A stretch of 64,000 bases of DNA from Promethearchaeota archaeon (GTDB lineage Archaea > Asgardarchaeota > Lokiarchaeia > Sigyniarchaeales > SOKP01). The translations under genes were made by a program, and so were the position numbers. The notes below the pieces were generated by a model. The model did no database searches and was not told the origin of the DNA. It saw only the letters and a program-made list of their open reading frames with translations. Location: contig JAEOTZ010000026.1 of NCBI GenBank assembly GCA_016839585.1, positions 19,143 to 83,142 of the forward strand, written 5' to 3'. Shown here one piece after another: positions 57,868 to 64,000 of the stretch; the stretch's first letter is position 1; each line of letters begins with the position of its first letter.

Positions 57868-59592
57868 ATGGAAAATAATAAAAACTCAATATTTAAAGCC
57901 AGATCCTTATTGTCAATTTTAATCTTTATAATATTTGTATCTTTATTAGCATGGATTACCTATGGCACATATGAAGGTATTATTGGAAGCTTAGCCTATT
58001 TAATCGTTGGAATTTTAAACTTTTTTCCATGGATTATTCCGTTTGCGGGAATTCCATTGGGTATATTGGATGTATTAGGCATCTATGGTTTTAAAATGTA
58101 TAATTTAACATTAGATATCGCCCGTCTGAATTCCAGTTGGTTACCTGCTACTTGGTTTTGGATTATTTCAATCATTGGAAGTTTAATTGATATTTTTTTA
58201 ATGTTTCTCATAATAACGTGGTTATTAGGGTTAAAATATAAGAAAAAGGAACCAAAAACCAATATAGCTCTAATAAATTGTAGTATTCTTGATGGAAATA
58301 AAGATAGTAAAATAATTTCCAATGGCAGCATCTTAATTCAGAATATCACTGAAAAAGATGAGACTCCAGGGTTGATTACAGGAGTTGGAGCTAAAAGTGA
58401 TATTGAAATACCAAAGGATTTCAAAAAGATTGACTTAAAAGGAGCTTATGTACTACCGGGATTAATTAACGCCCATTGTCACTTAACAGGTAGTGGCAAA
58501 CCTACTAGATTGATGAAATTAAGCGATAAAAATATGGTAAGGTTATTCAAATTCCTCGGTACACCAATAGGAAAAATAATTTTATTCAAATTGATGAAAA
58601 AAAATGCTTTAAATGCATTAAACAGTGGTGTCACAACCATGCGTTCTATGGCAGATCCTTTATATGTGGATTTAAAATTAAGAGATAAAATTAATGATGG
58701 TAAAATTATTGGTCCTAGAATATTGTGTGCAGGTAAAGGAATTTGCATTACAGGAGGGCATGGATGGGTAACCGGCTTTATAGCTGATTCTATCCCTGAG
58801 ATTAGAAAAGCAATACGACAGAATTTACGGATGAGAGTTGACCATATAAAAATACTTTCTACCGGAGGAGTTATGGATGCCAGGAAAGTTGGAGAAGCTG
58901 GACGTCCCCAAATGACTATAGAAGAAATAGAAACAGCTTGTTTTGAAGCTCATAGAGGTGGTTTATTAGTTGCAACACATTGTGAATCCACAGAAGGGAT
59001 TAGAGAAGCTTTAGAGGGAGGTGTTGATAGTATAGAACATGCTGCTCAAATTCCTGATGATTTAGTACCTTTAGCTAGAAATAACCCAAGAGCTTTGAGA
59101 GGATACACCGTGATTGTTCCCACTCTTTCTGCTGGTATGGGAATGGCTGTGTTATCCAAGGAACAAACGAAAATTACAGCAGAAAGTTTTGAAAACGCAC
59201 AGATTATAATGAAAGGTATGATCCTGGCTTTACAAAAAGCATATAAAGAAGGGCTGAGGATCTCATGTGGTACTGATGCATCTGTTCCATATTCTACTCA
59301 ATATGAAGTCTGGAAAGAATTAAAATATTACCTAAAGTATACCGATATGACTCCACAAGAAGTAATATACATTGCTACAAAAGGGAACGCTGAAAACATT
59401 GGTATAGATGATACTACTGGGAGTATTGAAGTGGGAAAGTCTGCAGATTTAATAGTAGTTCCGGGGAATCCTCTCGAAAATATTGATTACTTAGGAGAAG
59501 TTTCTAAGGTTATAATCAGAAGTCATATAATAAAACACCCTAAAGTCAAAAAAATTAAAAAATTAAAGGAAATAACCCCATTAGAAGTTTAA
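57868..59592 (+). CDS. Amidohydrolase (Xaa-Pro dipeptidase/ochratoxinase-like) with N-terminal membrane domain
   Basis: PGLINAHCH, GVTTMR, ITGGHG, IKILSTGG, ATH, SIEH, GTDA, GKSADL; first ~120 aa are hydrophobic. Confidence 0.9.
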   Translation: MENNKNSIFKARSLLSILIFIIFVSLLAWITYGTYEGIIGSLAYLIVGILNFFPWIIPFAGIPLGILDVLGIYGFKMYNLTLDIARLNSSWLPATWFWIISIIGSLIDIFLMFLIITWLLGLKYKKKEPKTNIALINCSILDGNKDSKIISNGSILIQNITEKDETPGLITGVGAKSDIEIPKDFKKIDLKGAYVLPGLINAHCHLTGSGKPTRLMKLSDKNMVRLFKFLGTPIGKIILFKLMKKNALNALNSGVTTMRSMADPLYVDLKLRDKINDGKIIGPRILCAGKGICITGGHGWVTGFIADSIPEIRKAIRQNLRMRVDHIKILSTGGVMDARKVGEAGRPQMTIEEIETACFEAHRGGLLVATHCESTEGIREALEGGVDSIEHAAQIPDDLVPLARNNPRALRGYTVIVPTLSAGMGMAVLSKEQTKITAESFENAQIIMKGMILALQKAYKEGLRISCGTDASVPYSTQYEVWKELKYYLKYTDMTPQEVIYIATKGNAENIGIDDTTGSIEVGKSADLIVVPGNPLENIDYLGEVSKVIIRSHIIKHPKVKKIKKLKEITPLEV

Positions 59593-59758
59593 ATTTAATA
59601 ATTGCCTATTTAGAGGGTTTTAAAAGAGGAAAATGTGGATTTTACGTGTAAGGTTTGTAACTGTATCCTTCAAGAGGTAATTTATAAGTAAAAAAAAATA
59701 ATTTTATAATCTAATGTCATAGAATAAATATTTAATCAATTAGTAATATATAATAATT

Positions 59759-59986
59759 ATGGAATTTTCTTTCGATAAAGTCGCAAATGCTCTCTACATT
59801 CGTTTTTCAGGTGAAAAAATCTTAAATTCGGATGAAATTGCAGATGGAATTATAATCGATTATGGTAAGGAAGATAATATTATAGGTGTAGAAATTCTAA
59901 ACTTTACAAGCAGAAAATTGGATCTTAATGATCTTGTTAAAATGAATATAGAAGAATTAATACCAAAATTAGCACAATGCCAATAA
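59759..59986 (+). CDS. DUF2283-family protein (putative antitoxin)
   Basis: FDKVANALYIRF...IIIDY.....IIGVEILN. Confidence 0.88.
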   Translation: MEFSFDKVANALYIRFSGEKILNSDEIADGIIIDYGKEDNIIGVEILNFTSRKLDLNDLVKMNIEELIPKLAQCQ

Positions 59987-60213
59987 TATTCACTAAACAT
60001 GCCCTAGAGCGAATGAAAGTCCGAAATATTCCTAAAGAAGAAATAATTAATACAATTAATAATCCTGATAACTTGTTAAATGATTCTTTTGGAAATAAAA
60101 TCGCTCATAAAGTAAAAAAGAAATATCTATTACGAGTTTTTTATTATATTGAAGAAAATTCAAAAGTAGTCATTACAGCTTATAAAACTTCTAAATTCAA
60201 TAAATATTTTTAA
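59977..60213 (+). CDS. DUF4258-family protein (RelE-like putative toxin)
   Basis: FTKHALERMKVRNI...I.NPD...LLRVFY...VVITAY. Confidence 0.88.
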   Translation: MPIIFTKHALERMKVRNIPKEEIINTINNPDNLLNDSFGNKIAHKVKKKYLLRVFYYIEENSKVVITAYKTSKFNKYF

Positions 60214-60250
60214 AATCTCTTTAATCTAAAAGCTTAAGAATGGTTTTTTG

Positions 60251-61492
60251 ATGATTTATGATTTAATAATTATCGGGGGTGGCCCAGGTGGCGCTACAGC
60301 AGCTAAAATTGGAGCAGAAGGAGGCGCAAATGTGTGTTTACTTGAAGCTGCCGATGAAAGACGGTATAAATGTTGTGCAGGGGGTATTCCAGTAACTAAC
60401 GAGGATTTTACACCAATTCCCCGTAATGTGGGGGAACGTGAAATTACAGGGGGCGTCTTAGTCACTCCTGACAGTGGACCTATGATATTCGATACTACTG
60501 GAGAAAAAGATAAAGGTTATTGCATGTTTCGTACAGATTTTGATAATTTCCTTTTAAACTTAGCCCATGATGCCGGTGCTTATGTTATGTATGGGTTTCG
60601 AGCAAAGGGAATTGAAATCGCCAAATTTGGAGATGTTATCGTAAAAGGAACCCAAGAGTTTCGAAGTAAATGTGTAATTCTAGCAAATGGCATGGGAGGA
60701 ACTCAACTCCAGCGGAGCATTGGAATGGAAGTACCACCCATTGTAAATGGGATCCAAGCGGAGTTTGACATCCCTGAATCAGTCGTAGATGAACAATTTG
60801 GTAATCAAGTTTGGGAGTTCTTCAACCCCGCCTTAATTAATCATGGCATCGCTTGGGCATTCCCTAAACGTGAAGCAGTGAGTATCGGAGTATTAGGTAA
60901 GAATGTAAAATTTACACATTTTGAATCATTTCTACAGAACCCTATAATAAAGGATAAAATAGCAGGGAGAAAAATGAAAATTTTCAATGGTCGTAAGGTT
61001 TGGGCAGCACCTATTCCCGATAGAATGATTGCAAAACCCTTTCGTGATCGGGTTATGATTGTAGGGGACGCTTGTGGTACAGCAGATCCTATTTTATATG
61101 AGGGTATCTACCAAGCTCGATTATCAGGCAAGTTGGCAGCTGAAGTATTCCTTCAAGCGCTTGAAGAAGGGGACTTCGGAGAAGCTAGCCTTTCACAGTA
61201 TTACGATCTATTATTAACATATCTTTATGAGGAAGGCTTACGATACAGCTACAAGTTCCATGAACTATTGTATCATAGTGGACTCATAGATAAAATTATC
61301 GAAGCTGCATATTTAATAGCACAAGAAGATCCTGAGGTAATGAAATCAATGATTTGTCTGTTTACAGGAACTCAAACCAGAAAACAAATTTGGAAGGTTT
61401 TAATGTCCCGTAAGTGGAAGCTTTTAAAACATTTGGGTATTCGGAATGGATTTCACTTACTACCAGCATTATTACGTAGTTTACGCATCTGA
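60251..61492 (+). CDS. Geranylgeranyl reductase-family flavoprotein
   Basis: YDLIIIGGGPGG, RYKCCAGG, RTDFDNFL, GIAWAFPK, VGDACG..DP..YEGIY. Confidence 0.88.
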   Translation: MIYDLIIIGGGPGGATAAKIGAEGGANVCLLEAADERRYKCCAGGIPVTNEDFTPIPRNVGEREITGGVLVTPDSGPMIFDTTGEKDKGYCMFRTDFDNFLLNLAHDAGAYVMYGFRAKGIEIAKFGDVIVKGTQEFRSKCVILANGMGGTQLQRSIGMEVPPIVNGIQAEFDIPESVVDEQFGNQVWEFFNPALINHGIAWAFPKREAVSIGVLGKNVKFTHFESFLQNPIIKDKIAGRKMKIFNGRKVWAAPIPDRMIAKPFRDRVMIVGDACGTADPILYEGIYQARLSGKLAAEVFLQALEEGDFGEASLSQYYDLLLTYLYEEGLRYSYKFHELLYHSGLIDKIIEAAYLIAQEDPEVMKSMICLFTGTQTRKQIWKVLMSRKWKLLKHLGIRNGFHLLPALLRSLRI

Positions 61493-61584
61493 ATAAGCAG
61501 AATATGAACTATATTAAGTAATATTTTAAATAAAAGAAAAAGTGAAGATTAATAATTTATTTGTAGGAACTTCGTAGTATTTTT

Positions 61585-61740
61585 TTAACTTTTCTCTCTT
61601 TCAAAGATTAAGTAAAATGAGGCAATTAATTTTAATTCCCATCCCTCGATTGCTTGGTCATTTATGATTTTTTCGAATTCTTTAGCATGTTTAGGGTTGG
61701 AATAGATATTACCTACCGTTTCTACCTTATATTCTTTCAA
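61585..61740 (-). CDS. Small DUF4177-like protein (51 aa; not in ORF track)
   Basis: MKEYKVETV...EFEKIINDQAIEGWELK...LIFERE; TTG follows GGTGA. Confidence 0.75.
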   Translation of the reverse strand: MKEYKVETVGNIYSNPKHAKEFEKIINDQAIEGWELKLIASFYLIFEREKS

Positions 61741-61864
61741 TTTTATTATCACCATTAATTTTTGAAATTATATAATCTAAATTTGGTTTTCTTAAAAAAA
61801 TTATATATTAAATGCCAACTTATAATTTAAATTAATTCTCTTAAATTTAGAATAAAAGTATCGA

Positions 61865-62665
61865 ATGGTAATAGATATGAAGATTATAGATCTTGAGGAT
61901 AAATATCTACAAGAGTATTTTATGTGTCTTGAAGAATGGTCAGATGAGATAAAAGAAGCAGGAAATCATAAACAGGTATGGTTTAATAAGATGAAGGATA
62001 AAGGGCTTGGAGTTAAACTTGCCGTTGATGATAAAGGAGTGGCTGGTGGAATGATTCAGTATATCCCAATAGAATATTCTAATGCTGAAGGAGTTGATCT
62101 CTATTTCATAAATTGTATCTGGGTTCATGGATATAAGGAAGGGCGAGGGAATTTTCAAAAAATGGGTTATGGTAAGGCTTTACTTCAAGCTGCTGAAGAT
62201 GATGTTAAAAAAAGAGGTGCTAAGGGAATGGTTGCGTGGGGCCTTTCTCTTCCATTTTGGATGAAAGCCTCGTGGTTTAAAAAGAATGGGTATTCAAGAA
62301 TAGATAAAGATGGGATTGCAACATTGCTATGGAAACCATTTACCGATGATGCCATTCCCCCTAAGTGGATAAAAGAAAAAAAGCAGCCTCAACCAATACC
62401 AGGTAAAGTTTTAGTAACTTCTTTTCTAAACGGATGGTGTCCAGCGCAAAATTTAATAAGAGAGAGAGCTAAAAGGGCTGTAGGTGACTTAGGAGATAAA
62501 GTTATTTATCAAGAAATTGATACATTTGAACGAGAAGAGCTGTTAGAATGGGGGATTTTAGATGCTTTATATATTGATGACCAACAAGTAAGAACAGGCC
62601 CTCCACCCTCATATGAAAAAATTAAAAAAAAAATTATTAAAAAACTTAAGAAATTAGATAAATAA
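61865..62665 (+). CDS. GNAT acetyltransferase (YoaP-like) with C-terminal thioredoxin-like domain
   Basis: GMIQYIPIE, INCIWV, QKMGYGKALL, WFKKNGY, GWCP, GPPP. Confidence 0.85.
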   Translation: MVIDMKIIDLEDKYLQEYFMCLEEWSDEIKEAGNHKQVWFNKMKDKGLGVKLAVDDKGVAGGMIQYIPIEYSNAEGVDLYFINCIWVHGYKEGRGNFQKMGYGKALLQAAEDDVKKRGAKGMVAWGLSLPFWMKASWFKKNGYSRIDKDGIATLLWKPFTDDAIPPKWIKEKKQPQPIPGKVLVTSFLNGWCPAQNLIRERAKRAVGDLGDKVIYQEIDTFEREELLEWGILDALYIDDQQVRTGPPPSYEKIKKKIIKKLKKLDK

Positions 62666-62675
62666 AACAATAATT

Positions 62676-63284
62676 ATGACAATACTTCAGATTTTAGCAG
62701 TTTGTGGAATGCTTAGTCCCATCATATATACTGCGATGTGGATTATTTGTGGAAACTTAAATTCGGATTATAATCATATTCGAGATGATATAAGTTCACT
62801 GTTTGCTGTGGGAGCACCTAACAGACGCTTAGCACAATCATTCGTGATTACAGAAAGTGTTCTATTGTTTGTATTTTTCATTGGATTACATGAAGGTATC
62901 AATGATGGGGGAGGTTCCATTGTTGGACCAATTGTTCTTCTGATTAGTTCCATTTTGGGAATAATGGTTGCTCTATTCTTTCCTCTTGATGAAGGAGGTG
63001 AATTCACAACTCTTAGAGGTAAAATGCATATAATCCTTGTAGCCGTAATGGGATTATTAACTATTGCTGGGATGGTGTTACTTTGGATTCGATTACAGTC
63101 TGTACCCAAATGGAGTGGTTTTGCTATATATTCACTTATTTCAGCTATTGCTTCATTAATAGGCGTAATTATCTCAAGTATATTTGCCGCAGGTAAGTAT
63201 AGGGGGTTAATCGAAAGAATAATGGTCACTCCCTTTCAACTATACTACTTCGTTCTTAGTCTGATGGTATTTCTGAATAATTAA
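62676..63284 (+). CDS. DUF998-family membrane protein
   Basis: YNHIRDDISSLFAVGAP, FPLD, MH, GLIER. Confidence 0.85.
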   Translation: MTILQILAVCGMLSPIIYTAMWIICGNLNSDYNHIRDDISSLFAVGAPNRRLAQSFVITESVLLFVFFIGLHEGINDGGGSIVGPIVLLISSILGIMVALFFPLDEGGEFTTLRGKMHIILVAVMGLLTIAGMVLLWIRLQSVPKWSGFAIYSLISAIASLIGVIISSIFAAGKYRGLIERIMVTPFQLYYFVLSLMVFLNN

Positions 63285-63435
63285 CTTTCTTATCTCTAAT
63301 GATTTGAAAAACAATTTGTTATTTAATATTCTAATAAGTCTTCAATGTGGAGAGTTAATTATATATATTGAAATGATATGAAATATAATTCAATAATAAA
63401 TAATTTTAAACATTTAAATTATATTTGGGAGCATT

Positions 63436-64000
63436 ATGAACCGAGTTCCAGTTTCAAGATTTCTTTTTTCAATTATTTTGGGAAGTATGATTTTATCTTC
63501 AATTATTAGAAGTAATCTATCTTATATACAACCACAATCTAATCAGGATCAAAATTCTTTTATTCCTGAATCTTGTACTATTTTTACTGTAAATATTAGC
63601 GATACTGTATACTTTGGAAATAATGAGGATTACCGCTTGCATGGGACATATATGTGGTTGATCCCGTCTCAAGAAATAACTCCTTTTTCAGGAAGTATTA
63701 CTATATATGGTTGTGTAGCTTTTGGATTTAGATATAATAATGACCCAGCGGATGGCTATGCCCAGGGAGGTATGAATGATCAAGGTTTATGTGTAGATGG
63801 TAATGGACTTCCAGCTGTATCTATGAATCCTCACCCCGAGCGAGAAGCTCCTTATACTAATGTACTAGAACAAACTCTTTTTGAATGTGCAAATGTTAGT
63901 GAAGTAATCCATTGGTACCAAACTCATTATCTGGGTAATGTTTTGAGTTGTCAGATCCACTATGCGGATGCTTCAGGAGATGCCGTTGTCGTGAGCGTGG
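63436..64000 (+). CDS. Secreted Ntn-hydrolase (C45/C59-like); 3'-truncated by window edge
   Basis: Signal peptide, then SCTIF...FGNNED, GGMNDQGL, ECANVSE, IHYADASGDAVV; frame open to the window end. Confidence 0.8.
   Translation, partial: MNRVPVSRFLFSIILGSMILSSIIRSNLSYIQPQSNQDQNSFIPESCTIFTVNISDTVYFGNNEDYRLHGTYMWLIPSQEITPFSGSITIYGCVAFGFRYNNDPADGYAQGGMNDQGLCVDGNGLPAVSMNPHPEREAPYTNVLEQTLFECANVSEVIHWYQTHYLGNVLSCQIHYADASGDAVVVSV

Noticed and set aside
1-64000. Selenocysteine or pyrrolysine read-through and SECIS elements
   Set aside because: The redox genes (thioredoxin, ferredoxin, CCG protein, AOR) are complete with Cys ligands. I saw no ORF split at an in-frame TGA/TAG with homologous continuation, and the hairpins lack the AUGA/GA core.
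1-64000. CRISPR array, tRNA, rRNA, IS element or provirus
   Set aside because: No regularly spaced non-coding repeats, cloverleafs, transposase, integrase or capsid genes were recognised by eye. All repeats found lie within coding frames.

Overview
AT-rich, gene-dense chromosomal window that looks like a Lokiarchaeia (Asgard archaea) genome. This assignment is inferred from IPG[YF]-TM-basic C-terminal sorting tails, a longin/roadblock-like protein, a tungsten AOR, HEPN-MNT pairs and archaeal-type promoters. About 65 CDS are present. They include a metal-transport cluster (CDF, GDT1, FTR1, CaCA; 5.8-10.2 kb), an acyl/aldehyde redox cluster (10.2-22.5 kb), two surface proteins, a MarR operon with a tandem palindromic operator, two radical SAM enzymes, a SET-domain protein and three toxin-antitoxin-like pairs plus an orphan Zn-ribbon-HEPN. 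I found no rRNA, tRNA, CRISPR array, transposase or integrase by eye. No single novel multi-gene system is demonstrable from the sequence alone. The best leads are: three genes whose natural N-termini seem to start at ATA/ATC/ATT; a basic protein with an unnamed TGK-x2-[WY] repeat; a SAP-leucine zipper-wHTH protein; a ~9-TM protein with a C4C4 RING-like finger; a syntaxin-like heptad segment; a channel-like protein lacking the GYG filter; and transporters with rewired metal-site motifs. All family calls come from motif recognition, not database searches.
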